51,743 nt of DNA from a virus (IMGVR_UViG_3300023106_000005:1-51743); one strand, 5' to 3'; numbered from the stretch's first letter, positions 18,547 through 28,004 are shown. Notes: generated by a model not told the origin, from the sequence alone. Program-made: numbers and translations.

Positions 18547-18645
18547 ATGAGATTCACACTTTATATTTTAGTAGGAATACCAATTTTAATTATTTTTTAC
18601 TTGATTATTTGGAAAGTAATTAAAGAGCTTTTTAAGAAAGATTAA
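18547..18645 (+). CDS. Small membrane peptide (32 aa)
   Basis: MRFTLYILVGIPILIIFYLIIWKVIKELFKKD between lipoprotein and terminator. Confidence 0.5.
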   Translation: MRFTLYILVGIPILIIFYLIIWKVIKELFKKD

Positions 18646-18650
18646 TCATT

Positions 18651-18677
18651 AAGCCGTTTCGAAAGATTCGGCTTTTT
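18651..18677 (+). terminator. Intrinsic terminator
   Basis: AAGCCGTTTC-gaaa-GATTCGGCTTTTT. Confidence 0.75.
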
Positions 18678-18680
18678 CTT

Positions 18681-18741
18681 ATTTAGAATCTGTATAAACT
18701 ACAACGTAATGTATTTTATATACAAATATTTTATACATTTA
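18681..18741 (+). promoter_or_regulatory. Promoter: 19-bp palindrome (18681-18699), TGTAT-n5-ATACA (18710-18724), TACATTTA (18734-18741)
   Basis: Motifs read directly; palindrome-to-promoter gap 34 nt. Confidence 0.7.
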
Positions 18742-18774
18742 CATCATAGAAATAAACAATTAAAATTTATCATC

Positions 18775-19065
18775 ATGAAAGCAAATAGATCACAAATTTT
18801 TTCACAAGCTTGGACATTATTTAGAAAGTACAATATTACTTTTGCTCAGGCATTAAAAAAAGCATGGACTGATTTTAAAAGACAGTTTTATGTTTCTATT
18901 TATAATTCAATTCCTTCTAAACCATCAACGGCTAAAAAGAAACTTGAAGCAAAAAAAATGTATGAGCAATTTAATACTGTTGATTTCGCTTTAACTTTTA
19001 GAAGTGTTGAAAGCAATTCAAATGCTGCAGCTTATTACGATGGACATACTTTAAACCTAGATTAA
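18775..19065 (+). CDS. Conserved Bacteroidota phage early protein
   Basis: IF..AW...K...TF.QALK.AW motif; start at MKANRS downstream of promoter. Confidence 0.7.
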   Translation: MKANRSQIFSQAWTLFRKYNITFAQALKKAWTDFKRQFYVSIYNSIPSKPSTAKKKLEAKKMYEQFNTVDFALTFRSVESNSNAAAYYDGHTLNLD

Positions 19066-19156
19066 TTATGAAAGCATTAAAACTTTGTTCAATATGTTTG
19101 AGGTTTTTTAATAAATGTCAAACTTGTAAATGTAAAACAAATAAAAAATAGAAACC

Positions 19157-19345
19157 ATGCAAAATCAAAACCGTTACCGAATAGAAAATACACTTCATAG
19201 CAATATTTACAGTTATCACGCATGTTGTGTTATAGGTTATCATCCTTATACAGATACTTTAGCGCAAATAAATTATGTTTATGAGCAAAGTGCTAGAAGA
19301 AATAAAACTCCTAAATCAGTAGGTATTTGGCGAGTAAAACAATAG
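19157..19345 (+). CDS. Hypothetical protein (62 aa)
   Basis: A-rich start context in operon. Confidence 0.55.
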   Translation: MQNQNRYRIENTLHSNIYSYHACCVIGYHPYTDTLAQINYVYEQSARRNKTPKSVGIWRVKQ

Positions 19346-19370
19346 ATAAATAACAATTAAAACCAAAATT

Positions 19371-19859
19371 ATGAAAGAAGAATTATTGTATTTAGAACCA
19401 TTAGAAGTTTTTATAAAAAACATTCAAAAAATAAAAGTTTCAAAAGAATTAAGATATGATTTTATATTAAGATATATAAAATTCATAAGCGCACCATTCC
19501 AAACTAAGTTTATTTGGGAGGTTGATAATTTTGGAAACGAATTATATTTAGTAAACGGTAAGTATGGTTATTTTGAGTTTGATAATAGCCGATACGGAAT
19601 GTTTGTTCAAGTTCCTGATAGGATTTATAAAAAGGCTATAAATATGAAGTTAGTTACAGGTAATATAGAACTAAGAAATGAAGGTAAAATGTACACAGAT
19701 TCTAAAGATCATTGGACAAGAATAACTATTTCAAATGTAACACCCTGGACACCTAAAACTTTAATTGATGTTATTCGTTATGCAAATAAAAAAGACGAAA
19801 AGTTTAAATTAACCGAAAGATCATTAAAATATTTATTTAAAGAAATTTACACATCATGA
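19371..19859 (+). CDS. Hypothetical protein (162 aa)
   Basis: Long ORF with good start context; weak similarity to 41328..41813. Confidence 0.65.
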   Translation: MKEELLYLEPLEVFIKNIQKIKVSKELRYDFILRYIKFISAPFQTKFIWEVDNFGNELYLVNGKYGYFEFDNSRYGMFVQVPDRIYKKAINMKLVTGNIELRNEGKMYTDSKDHWTRITISNVTPWTPKTLIDVIRYANKKDEKFKLTERSLKYLFKEIYTS

Positions 19860-20002
19860 CAACTAACCAATTATTCCAACAAAACAACCGTTATTTAATG
19901 TTGCGGTTGATTCCTGAAAATCGTTTTAGATTTTGCAAAACCAACAAAGAACTGATTGATAAAATTATTAAAGAAATAGGAATCTGCTTAAATTAAATAA
20001 TT

Positions 20003-20338
20003 ATGATAAAATCGACTGATGTGAAAATTGGAAATTATATTCAAGGAGTAGCAAACATATTAATTGTAGACAAATACATTATTGAAAATATTGTAGATAA
20101 TCCCAAACACCCATACAAGCCAATCCCATTAACAATTGATTGGTTAAAAAAAGCAGGTTATAAGCAATTGAAATGCATAAATAAAACCTATTCATTGGGA
20201 TCATTCGAAGATAATTCTGCAATATTTGTTTCAGGTGAAAAGTTTACGCATATCAATACGGGAATACGTTTAGAGTTTGTTCACGAACTTCAAAATTTGC
20301 ATTCATGTTTATTTAAAAAAGAACTTAAATTTGATTAA
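20003..20338 (+). CDS. Hypothetical phage protein (PIPLT/VHELQN family)
   Basis: KIGNY...PIPLT..WL.K.G...EFVHELQN. Confidence 0.75.
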   Translation: MIKSTDVKIGNYIQGVANILIVDKYIIENIVDNPKHPYKPIPLTIDWLKKAGYKQLKCINKTYSLGSFEDNSAIFVSGEKFTHINTGIRLEFVHELQNLHSCLFKKELKFD

Positions 20339-20339
20339 T

Positions 20340-20666
20340 ATGGATTATAAAACTTTAATGCCTAACAATATTATTCTTTACGGGATAATAAACGAACCGA
20401 TTTCTATTAAAAAAATTGATCCGAAATCCGTAGTTATTGAAATGGCCACAGGATGCCCGCTGACAAATGAATGGTTTGATAAATTTAAGTTTCAAAAATT
20501 AGCAGAAAATTACGTTTCTGAAAGATTCAAATTCATGTTTAAAAAAGGATATAATTATTGGTATGTTGTAGATCGTTTATCACTTACTTATTTAACCAAA
20601 ATTGAATTTGTTCACGAACTTCAGCAGTTTATGTTAATTATGGATGGTAAAACTTTAAAACTTTAA
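20340..20666 (+). CDS. Tandem paralog of the preceding gene
   Basis: CPLTNEWF.KF.F...IEFVHELQQ. Confidence 0.75.
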   Translation: MDYKTLMPNNIILYGIINEPISIKKIDPKSVVIEMATGCPLTNEWFDKFKFQKLAENYVSERFKFMFKKGYNYWYVVDRLSLTYLTKIEFVHELQQFMLIMDGKTLKL

Positions 20667-20676
20667 AGCTTTAATT

Positions 20677-21117
20677 ATGTCAATATATAACGGCAGCAAG
20701 CCCATCGACCAACAGCGAGCAATTCAAAGATTGCAGTTCTTAATTGCCAATGGAAAAGTTTTTGAACTTACAGAAAAGAAGAGAACCAGGTCAATAAGTC
20801 AAAATTCATTCCTGCATCTTATTTTGCAATTTTTTGCACATGAAACGGGTTACACGACAGCTGAAGTAAAACAGGAAATATTTAAGAAAATTGTAAATCC
20901 TGATACTTTTTACGATGGTGAAGTTTATAAAGGTTTAATTGTGTTGCAACGTTGGCGATCAACTGCTAACCTCAACACAAAAGAAATGACACTTTGTATT
21001 GACCGGTTCCGGGATTACGCATCGAAAGAAGCCGGAATTTATCTTCCTGACCCGCACGATCTTTCTTTGATCGATGAAATCAAAATAACAGTTGAAAATA
21101 ATAAGCAATATTTATAA
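20677..21117 (+). CDS. NinB-like recombination protein
   Basis: RSISQN..LH...STANLNTKEM...ID.....A...GIYLP. Confidence 0.75.
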   Translation: MSIYNGSKPIDQQRAIQRLQFLIANGKVFELTEKKRTRSISQNSFLHLILQFFAHETGYTTAEVKQEIFKKIVNPDTFYDGEVYKGLIVLQRWRSTANLNTKEMTLCIDRFRDYASKEAGIYLPDPHDLSLIDEIKITVENNKQYL

Positions 21118-21133
21118 ATTAAAAACTAAAAAA

Positions 21134-21547
21134 ATGAGAACAATTAGATTTAGAGGAAAAAGATTAGATAATCAGGAATGGGTTTACGGTGGGATTTCAA
21201 TTTTTGAAGGTGAAGCAACCATTTACGATGAAAATGATTTAACAAATTCAGCTCATGAAGTTGATATTAATACAGTGGGTCAATTTTCAGGTGAAGCTGA
21301 TAAAGATGGTAATGAAGTTTACGAGGATGATATTTATTTACCTGAAAATTCAAAAGAATACTATTTAGTTTCTTTTTCAGATGGCGCTTTTAATGGTGGC
21401 GTAAATAAAGCAAATTGTTCTCCTTTGTTTTGGCAAGCTGAAGAAGATAATCACGGTGAATTAACCGGTGATTTAGAACCGGAAAACTTTTTTAGTAAAT
21501 GGGGAATTTGCGGAAACATTCACGATAACCCCGAATTATTAAAATAA
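21134..21547 (+). CDS. YopX family protein
   Basis: R.IRFRGK....EWVYG, TVGQFSG..DKDGNEVYEDDI, GNIHDNPELL. Confidence 0.9.
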   Translation: MRTIRFRGKRLDNQEWVYGGISIFEGEATIYDENDLTNSAHEVDINTVGQFSGEADKDGNEVYEDDIYLPENSKEYYLVSFSDGAFNGGVNKANCSPLFWQAEEDNHGELTGDLEPENFFSKWGICGNIHDNPELLK

Positions 21548-21553
21548 CATTCT

Positions 21554-21662
21554 TATATTTGTCTAGTGGTTTATTGTCGGATTAATCACAAAGTAAGACA
21601 TATTAGAATTCCCTAAAGATCAGCTATCCGACAATAGCCCTTTAGGGAATTTCTACTTTTTA
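21554..21662 (+). promoter_or_regulatory. Promoter (21554-21561) plus structured leader A (two hairpins with complementary loops, terminator-like 3' hairpin)
   Basis: TATTGTCGGAT (21572-21582) complementary to ATCCGACAATA (21626-21636); TTCCCTAAAG/CTTTAGGGAA stem followed by T-rich tract. Confidence 0.75.
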
Positions 21663-21695
21663 AAACTTAATCAATAATAATTAAATATTTAAATC

Positions 21696-22304
21696 ATGGG
21701 AAAAGCCATCAAAGAAAAAGAAGTGAACGAAGAAGTTCAAGACGTACAAAAAGATTTTGAAATCAAATCTGCATCAATTAAAGACCATCAATGTACTTAT
21801 GGCTATGAAATTTTAACCGGGCCAACTCGCGGAGATCTTATTCCGGGGCGAAAAGGAGTTCATTTAATTCATGATGATTTGAATGAATGTTTTTCAGAGT
21901 TAAGCATTTTCCTAATGCATATCGATGATTATTTCAAAAACGATGAAAACGTAAATAATCAAACGCCTTTATCGAAATTGGAGGAACATGAAGATTTAAA
22001 TCGTTATTGGGTAACAGGTTTCAAAGTTACCGGATTCGATGAAAATAAATCAATTATCCTAACGGGTGAAAAATCTGTAACAAATGGGTTAATTAAAATT
22101 GTTTCGCCTAAAATCAAACTCGATGGTACTTATTTGTACGTTGAAGAATTGAACGAAAGGCTGCGTATTGCTTTGAATGAGGTTGAAGCGTACATGAATG
22201 GTAAATCAGCGCCTAAATTGGAACAAACCGAATTAGATCTTCAAACTTTTGCACAAGAGGATAATTTACCAATTATTGGTGATATGGAATCTGCTGAAGT
22301 TTAA
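21696..22304 (+). CDS. Conserved Bacteroidota phage protein, acidic (202 aa)
   Basis: IKSA.IK...H.DL...EV.AY..GK motif; function unknown. Confidence 0.7.
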   Translation: MGKAIKEKEVNEEVQDVQKDFEIKSASIKDHQCTYGYEILTGPTRGDLIPGRKGVHLIHDDLNECFSELSIFLMHIDDYFKNDENVNNQTPLSKLEEHEDLNRYWVTGFKVTGFDENKSIILTGEKSVTNGLIKIVSPKIKLDGTYLYVEELNERLRIALNEVEAYMNGKSAPKLEQTELDLQTFAQEDNLPIIGDMESAEV

Positions 22305-22307
22305 TTT

Positions 22308-23468
22308 ATGGTTTTTCAAGAACGTCAGTACCAAAAAGATGCGATAGCACACGGAATAAATTACCTTCTTGGCGATTCTAAAGAAAATGCATTACAGATA
22401 CTACCGACCGGCTCAGGCAAGTCGGTAGTAATTGCAAAAATATTAGAGCCATTGCCAGGGAAAACGGTAATACTTCAACCATCAAAAGAAATCTTAGAAC
22501 AGAACTATGAAAAGTTTTCAAAATATGGTAGAGCTTCTATTTATTCAGCATCGGCCGGACAAAAAGTAATTGATCGAATTACCTTTGCAACTATCGGTTC
22601 TATTATTGAAAAGCTTCACATGTTCAAAGGAACTGACTATTTCCTTATAGATGAATGCCATTTGTGTGGTCCGGAAAAAGGAATGTATCAAAAACTTTTT
22701 AAAGCTTTTCCGAAAGCTAAATTTTTAGGATTAACCGCAACGCCTTACAGATTGACCCAAACGGAAGATGGGGCGCAATTAATTTTTCTTACGCGCAGCC
22801 AACCAAGATTATTTCATAATGTTCTTTATTACGTTCAAAATTCAGTTTTATTTGATGCCGGATATTTAGCTAAACTAAGATATTTCTCTTATGATGTAGT
22901 TGACAGGTCTAAATTAGAAATGAATAGTTCAGGAACCGACTTTACAACAGCGAGTTTAAGCCGATTATATAAATCTATAGACATGCCTTCAAAAATTGTA
23001 ATGTACGCTAAAATGATACTTTCTAAGCGAAAAAACGTTTTGATATTTTGTGCTACTATAGTCGAAGCGACAATTGTAATGCGCAGAATGCCGGGATCTG
23101 CAATTTTAACAGGAGAAACAAAAACCCTTGAGCGTGAAAGAATTTTAGCCAGGTTCAAAAAAGGAGAAATAAAATGTTTGATCAATGTAGGGGTTTTAGT
23201 AGTAGGCTTTGATTATCCTGCATTAGAAGCGGTTTTAATTGCCCGCTCAACAATGTCATTATCATTATATTATCAAATTGTTGGCCGTGTAATGCGTATT
23301 TTTACCTACCCTGATGGAACAAAAAAAGAAGGTTGGGTTGTAGATTTGGGAGGAAATATAAATTTCTTTGGAAAGATTGAAACAATGATCATCGAGGAAC
23401 CGAAAAAAGGTCAGTTTTCTATATGGAACAATGGAAAACAGTTAACAAATGTTCCGTTAATTAAATAA
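22308..23468 (+). CDS. Superfamily 2 DEAD/DEAH-box helicase (RadD/YejH-like)
   Basis: R.YQ, LPTGSGKS, DECH, LTATP, GFDYP, QIVGRVMR. Confidence 0.93.
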   Translation: MVFQERQYQKDAIAHGINYLLGDSKENALQILPTGSGKSVVIAKILEPLPGKTVILQPSKEILEQNYEKFSKYGRASIYSASAGQKVIDRITFATIGSIIEKLHMFKGTDYFLIDECHLCGPEKGMYQKLFKAFPKAKFLGLTATPYRLTQTEDGAQLIFLTRSQPRLFHNVLYYVQNSVLFDAGYLAKLRYFSYDVVDRSKLEMNSSGTDFTTASLSRLYKSIDMPSKIVMYAKMILSKRKNVLIFCATIVEATIVMRRMPGSAILTGETKTLERERILARFKKGEIKCLINVGVLVVGFDYPALEAVLIARSTMSLSLYYQIVGRVMRIFTYPDGTKKEGWVVDLGGNINFFGKIETMIIEEPKKGQFSIWNNGKQLTNVPLIK

Positions 23469-23485
23469 CTTTAATAATAAATATT

Positions 23486-24118
23486 ATGAAAAAAATAAAC
23501 ATGACTGAGCAATTGGAACATTTAATTTCTGAAGAATCCCGGATTAAAGAAACTCATTTACAGGAATTTTGGAGTAAAAACCAACTGCCTGAAAAATTAT
23601 TCACAGTAGATCGTTTAGGAACTATTAGAGAAATTGAAATCACAGGAAATCATATTGGTTATCTATTTGAAGATAGAAATATTTGGCGACCGAATTATGA
23701 TAAAGAAAAAAGACCAAGCAAAAATTTAGTCGTTGCGTATATTGAATACGTAGAATCAATAAAAACCGCTGAACAGGTTGTTTATATTGATTATCGTGAT
23801 AGGGGTACAGGCTGTTATAAATATTCTGATTTAATAAAAGAACCTCATTTTGCATTTAATGAATTGGAATTACAAACAGAATCAAAAAGGCTTTCTGAGA
23901 CTTATGCACCAAAAGAAAATCATACTGCATGCGGTTATTGCGGAAAACAAACGCCTAATGATAAATTAGTAAATAGTACTATTATCGGGCGTGGGAGAAA
24001 AGAAGTTTATAACGATTGGAAAAGACGTTATGAAAGTAGAGCATATGTAACGCATGAACCTATGAAATTTTGCTCAGCAACTTGCGCAGGAAATGAACAA
24101 ATGTTACGTGAAGGATAA
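23486..24118 (+). CDS. Hypothetical protein with C-terminal Zn-finger-like CxxC...CxxxC
   Basis: CGYCGK and FCSATC. Confidence 0.7.
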   Translation: MKKINMTEQLEHLISEESRIKETHLQEFWSKNQLPEKLFTVDRLGTIREIEITGNHIGYLFEDRNIWRPNYDKEKRPSKNLVVAYIEYVESIKTAEQVVYIDYRDRGTGCYKYSDLIKEPHFAFNELELQTESKRLSETYAPKENHTACGYCGKQTPNDKLVNSTIIGRGRKEVYNDWKRRYESRAYVTHEPMKFCSATCAGNEQMLREG

Positions 24119-24133
24119 TTTAAATTATAAATC

Positions 24134-24388
24134 ATGCCAACATGGAGAGAACACGCATCGCCAATTATAGCAAAAGTAATTGCTGATAATAAAGGAAAAA
24201 CACCAAATGAGATAAAAAAGGCTTTACATTCTGCCTATCCTTATAGAGAACGCGCCCGACACCCGTATAAAATATGGTGTGATGAAATAAAAGTTCAATT
24301 AAAAACTAAAGTTTCAAATTTAAAACCTCAACCGGAAAATCAGATCGATTTATTTGATATGATCCAAGAAGTTGAAAAAGAAAAGTAA
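24134..24388 (+). CDS. Conserved phage hypothetical protein (84 aa)
   Basis: W...A..II....AYP..ER..HPYKIWC.E motif. Confidence 0.75.
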   Translation: MPTWREHASPIIAKVIADNKGKTPNEIKKALHSAYPYRERARHPYKIWCDEIKVQLKTKVSNLKPQPENQIDLFDMIQEVEKEK

Positions 24389-24390
24389 TT

Positions 24391-24645
24391 ATGATAACAC
24401 CTGAAATTTTACACGAAAAAGCATTCTATTTTGAATCAGAAGAAAATGGAATATTCCAAAGATATGTTAAACAAATTGATGAAAATGTCGATTTAGTAAT
24501 TGAGGTAAGCCCGGAACAAAGAATTTTTGTTTATATTTTTGAAGATCAAGAAACGAAACACGAAGAAGGAGTAGTTATCCTTTTAAATACTGATGATGTT
24601 GATTTTGCTATTAAAGTTGCGGAATGTATTATTGGTGTAGAGTAA
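24391..24645 (+). CDS. Hypothetical acidic protein (84 aa)
   Basis: Packed in operon. Confidence 0.65.
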   Translation: MITPEILHEKAFYFESEENGIFQRYVKQIDENVDLVIEVSPEQRIFVYIFEDQETKHEEGVVILLNTDDVDFAIKVAECIIGVE

Positions 24646-24806
24646 TTTAAAATCATTATAAATTACCTTAAATTGTTTGTACATTGAAATAAATGTGTAT
24701 TTTTGTCAATGTAATCTACCACTTACGATAAAGACATTTTAGTGTAAAAACTAAACCGACAAATCCGTTAATAGTGTGGTAGCTGTTAACGGATTTTGTC
24801 ATTTTT
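24645..24806 (+). promoter_or_regulatory. 19-bp palindrome (24645-24663), promoter TATTTTTG (24698-24705) and structured leader B
   Basis: CTACCAC (24716-24722) in a hairpin loop complementary to GTGGTAG (24776-24782) in the loop of a long stem (24758-24800). Confidence 0.75.
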
Positions 24807-24818
24807 AATACTTTTATT

Positions 24819-25067
24819 ATGATAACACCAAAACAACAAGCAGTAAATCTTATTGAAGATTTTTTAGACAATCATACTCAATTCGGAGGTATAGGAATAA
24901 CCGAAAAACAAGCGATTAATTTTGCTTTAATTACTGCTAAAAAAATGCATTATGAATTATCAGATCTTCCACGCATTCCATACAATGAAAAAAGAACAGA
25001 TTATTGGAAAATGGTAATTTATGAACTTGAAAAACTTTTAGCTTTAATTAAGGTTATAAAAAAATAA
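24819..25067 (+). CDS. Hypothetical phage protein, MTPK family (82 aa)
   Basis: TPKQQA..LI...A...ALI...YWK.V..ELEKL. Confidence 0.7.
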   Translation: MITPKQQAVNLIEDFLDNHTQFGGIGITEKQAINFALITAKKMHYELSDLPRIPYNEKRTDYWKMVIYELEKLLALIKVIKK

Positions 25068-25071
25068 TATC

Positions 25072-25362
25072 ATGATTAGTAAAAAAGTATATCGGTATTA
25101 TGCCGATTGTGGTAAAGCGTATTGGACAAAAAGAGCGTGTTTAGATCACGAAAAGATTTGCATATGTTGGAAGAATGCAAAATTTAAAACATGCTTAACT
25201 TGCGTTCATAAAAATATTAAAGTTGATGATGATGGTGAACAGTCTTGGCAATATAATGACTGTAAAAACCCTGAAATGAACCTCAACACTATGTTTATTC
25301 CTGCGCACGAAAAAGCGGATTATATTTGTATTAATTGCCCTAAATGGGAGTTAAAAACTTGA
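25072..25362 (+). CDS. Cys-rich hypothetical protein (96 aa)
   Basis: DCGK...C..HE..C, CLTC, NCPKWE. Confidence 0.7.
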   Translation: MISKKVYRYYADCGKAYWTKRACLDHEKICICWKNAKFKTCLTCVHKNIKVDDDGEQSWQYNDCKNPEMNLNTMFIPAHEKADYICINCPKWELKT

Positions 25363-25364
25363 TT

Positions 25365-26237
25365 ATGGCTGAGAATAAGAAAGGGTTTCTTTTGTATGCA
25401 AATTACATAGGAACAATTAATCAACTTCCGGATGAAGTAGCAGGAAGATTGTTTAAGCATATTTTTGCTTATGTAAACGATCTTAATCCTGTTAGCGATG
25501 AATTATTGCTTAATGTTGTTTTCGAACCAATAAAAAACCATTTAAAAGATGATTTAGAAAAATACATATTAGGTAAACATGATAAAAGTTTAAGTGGTAG
25601 GATTGGTAATTTAAAGCGCTGGCACAAAGATTTGTACGATGATTTTGCAGCCGATAAGCTTAATTTACAAGAAGCTGAAACAATCGCACAAAATCGCAAA
25701 GTATCGCACCGCGATGTTTCGCCATCGCAACACATCGCAAACATCGCTGTTATAGATATAGTAAAAGATAAAGCTATAGTTAATGATAAAGTAAAAGCTA
25801 TAGTTAAAGTAAAAGATTCTTTTGAATTAGAAGAAACTAAGGAGTACGTAGCATTTGAGGAATTAAAAATTCCTCCCAACTCTCCAAAAATTGATTTTAT
25901 GAAACTTCAAAAGTATTTTAATGATAATCGTGGAATGCTTCCTGAAGTTAAAAAAATGTCAGATGCAAGAAAAAAAAGGATTTTGGTTTTAGAAAAGCAA
26001 TACGGAAAAGATTTGATTTTAACCTGTATTAACAAAACTAGGGATTCACCATTTTTACAGGGAGAAAATAAAGCCAATTGGATTGCATCATTTGATTGGA
26101 TTTTTACACCGGCTAATTTTTTAAAAATAATAGAAGATAACTATGAAAAACGAATTAACACCTCAGGAAAAACAAACGAACAAATATTTGTCGACGCAAT
26201 GCAGTCAGAAACAGCTAAAAACTTTAGATTTAAGTAA
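25365..26237 (+). CDS. Replication initiator (DUF6291-like N-terminus, lambda O-like organisation)
   Basis: KKGFLLY......L.DE.AGRLFK.IF.Y; central low-complexity repeats; C-terminal SPFL.G.N...W.A.FDW.....NF.KI.E.NY. Confidence 0.85.
   Translation: MAENKKGFLLYANYIGTINQLPDEVAGRLFKHIFAYVNDLNPVSDELLLNVVFEPIKNHLKDDLEKYILGKHDKSLSGRIGNLKRWHKDLYDDFAADKLNLQEAETIAQNRKVSHRDVSPSQHIANIAVIDIVKDKAIVNDKVKAIVKVKDSFELEETKEYVAFEELKIPPNSPKIDFMKLQKYFNDNRGMLPEVKKMSDARKKRILVLEKQYGKDLILTCINKTRDSPFLQGENKANWIASFDWIFTPANFLKIIEDNYEKRINTSGKTNEQIFVDAMQSETAKNFRFK
25683..25817 (+). repeat. Putative replication origin: ATCGC iterons plus AT-rich repeats within the initiator gene
   Basis: ATCGC at 25683, 25693, 25703, 25724, 25734, 25743 (~10-nt phasing), inverted copy at 25711; followed by AAAGCTATAGTTAA repeated twice. 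Confidence 0.65.
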
Positions 26238-26880
26238 AAATATTATTTCAGGAACTGCAAGTTTAGCGTTTATTGAAATGGGAGTATCAATAAAAAATAC
26301 TTTCGATAGTTCTTCTTTACGTTCTACTTTCAAAGGCGAAAATGGTCAGATTGGATTTAGTGTTGTTAAGATTCTTGTAGATCGTTTTATAAATTCTTTT
26401 GGATTCGCTACAAAAATGACTGATATTCAAATTGAAGTTTTAACCGTTGATACTTTAGAAAAGTTTTCATTTGAAACATTGGAAGATATTATTTTGTTTT
26501 TTAAAATGGCTAGAAATGGTGATTTTGGCAGCACAATGAGAGGTGTGGATTCAAATTTGATATTTGGCGAATGGTTTCCAAAGTATTTAGAAATCAAATC
26601 AATTGAGAGAGAAAAAATAGTTGCAAAAGAACAATTTGAATTGAACAATAATTTATTATCAATTGAAGATGTTAAAAATGCTTATAATAAAGCTGAAAAT
26701 ACGCCACAAAAAAAACACGATCGACTTAAAGAATTGATTGATGAAAATACAAAAGGCTTTACTAGGCAGCAACTCGAAGATTTAATTGCTGAATGGGAAA
26801 AAGACGAAAGTAAAGCTCCTTTTCTTTATGCTTTGAGAAGAAAGAGATTAGATATTAAAGGCGATTTCGAATTTAAATAA
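26143..26880 (+). CDS. Replication accessory protein (helicase-loader position)
   Basis: Overlaps initiator 3' end; LEDIILFFK.AR.G.FG motif seen in Bacteroidota phage proteins at this position. Confidence 0.6.
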   Translation: MKNELTPQEKQTNKYLSTQCSQKQLKTLDLSKNIISGTASLAFIEMGVSIKNTFDSSSLRSTFKGENGQIGFSVVKILVDRFINSFGFATKMTDIQIEVLTVDTLEKFSFETLEDIILFFKMARNGDFGSTMRGVDSNLIFGEWFPKYLEIKSIEREKIVAKEQFELNNNLLSIEDVKNAYNKAENTPQKKHDRLKELIDENTKGFTRQQLEDLIAEWEKDESKAPFLYALRRKRLDIKGDFEFK

Positions 26881-26905
26881 TTATTAACCATTTTAAAATA
26901 AAATT

Positions 26906-27163
26906 ATGAAAAAGAAATTCAAAACAAGAATTGTTCATTATTTAGATAAATGCTATGTAGTTGAATATGCTAGTTATTATTTAATTCCTTTCTATGAGGT
27001 TTTAAAAGACACAACACTCGGGAGAAACATACCTGAATTATTTTCTAAAGAACAAGCAGATTTTTTAATTTTGAGATTAAAATCTATAGAGGATATTAAA
27101 ATCTTTGATTTAGAATTGTTTTATTATGATTTTCTATCTCATGAAAAAATTCAATTGCCATGA
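26906..27163 (+). CDS. Hypothetical protein (85 aa)
   Basis: ATGA overlap with next gene. Confidence 0.6.
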   Translation: MKKKFKTRIVHYLDKCYVVEYASYYLIPFYEVLKDTTLGRNIPELFSKEQADFLILRLKSIEDIKIFDLELFYYDFLSHEKIQLP

Positions 27164-27798
27164 CCGAAAAATCAATTCAAAAAGCGCTATTTCGTGCATT
27201 CAGTTCGCACAAATACAAATTCACTAACGTTTACTACTTCGGGAATGAATCAGACTTTCTGAGCTTCTTAGATTCCGGATTCTGTTATGAATGTGAAATA
27301 AAGATCAGCCGTTCAGATTTTAAAGCTGATTTTAAAAAAGAGAAACACACCATTCATAAAGCTAACGAGATAAAAGGGAATTTGTTTCTAAGAAAAGAAG
27401 GTGTTTCATTGTCTTTTAATCCTAGTTGGCAGTTTTGTAAAGAATTTCCGGAATTAGTTGAATCTGAAGAATACATTCAAAGACGAAGATTAACTCACGA
27501 TCCTTTTTTCGAAGAAGTTACAGTTTTAGATTTACGGGCAACAATTTCATCTAAAATTAGATTTGTTTCCCATGACAACAAGTTGCTGCCAAATAAGTTT
27601 TTTTACGTTGTGCCTATGGGATTGATCAGCAAAGAAGAAGTTCCGGAATATGCAGGATTAATTTATGTTGATGAATTTGGAGAATGTACTAAAATTAAAG
27701 ATGGAAAATTTTTGCATAAAGATAAACTCGATGTAAAAAAGCTTTTTACAAAATGTTATTACGCTTACGAAGAAAAATTAATTCAAAAATTGAAGTAA
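27160..27798 (+). CDS. MmcB-like PD-(D/E)XK nuclease
   Basis: ESD.......YECEIKISRSDFKADF.K; PN.FFYVVP..L....EVP.YAGLI. Confidence 0.8.
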   Translation: MTEKSIQKALFRAFSSHKYKFTNVYYFGNESDFLSFLDSGFCYECEIKISRSDFKADFKKEKHTIHKANEIKGNLFLRKEGVSLSFNPSWQFCKEFPELVESEEYIQRRRLTHDPFFEEVTVLDLRATISSKIRFVSHDNKLLPNKFFYVVPMGLISKEEVPEYAGLIYVDEFGECTKIKDGKFLHKDKLDVKKLFTKCYYAYEEKLIQKLK

Positions 27799-27921
27799 AC
27801 ATGAAAAATATTTTTAAAATTTTAGCAAAGTCTTTGAATGAACCTGATAGTTTTATTGAATTCTTGTTTTGGCCGATATTTATATCAACTGTTTTATTTT
27901 TCATATTAGTTTTTATAAGCA

Positions 27922-27982
27922 ATTTAAAATCATTCTAAACTACGTTGCAATGTATTTTGTGTTTGTATAAAAAGTACATTTA
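27922..27982 (+). promoter_or_regulatory. Promoter: 19-bp palindrome (27922-27940), TGTAT-n5-GTACA (27964-27978), TACATTTA (27975-27982)
   Basis: Motifs read directly; gap 34 nt. Confidence 0.7.
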
Positions 27983-28004
27983 CGTATAATTAAAAAGTAA
28001 AATA

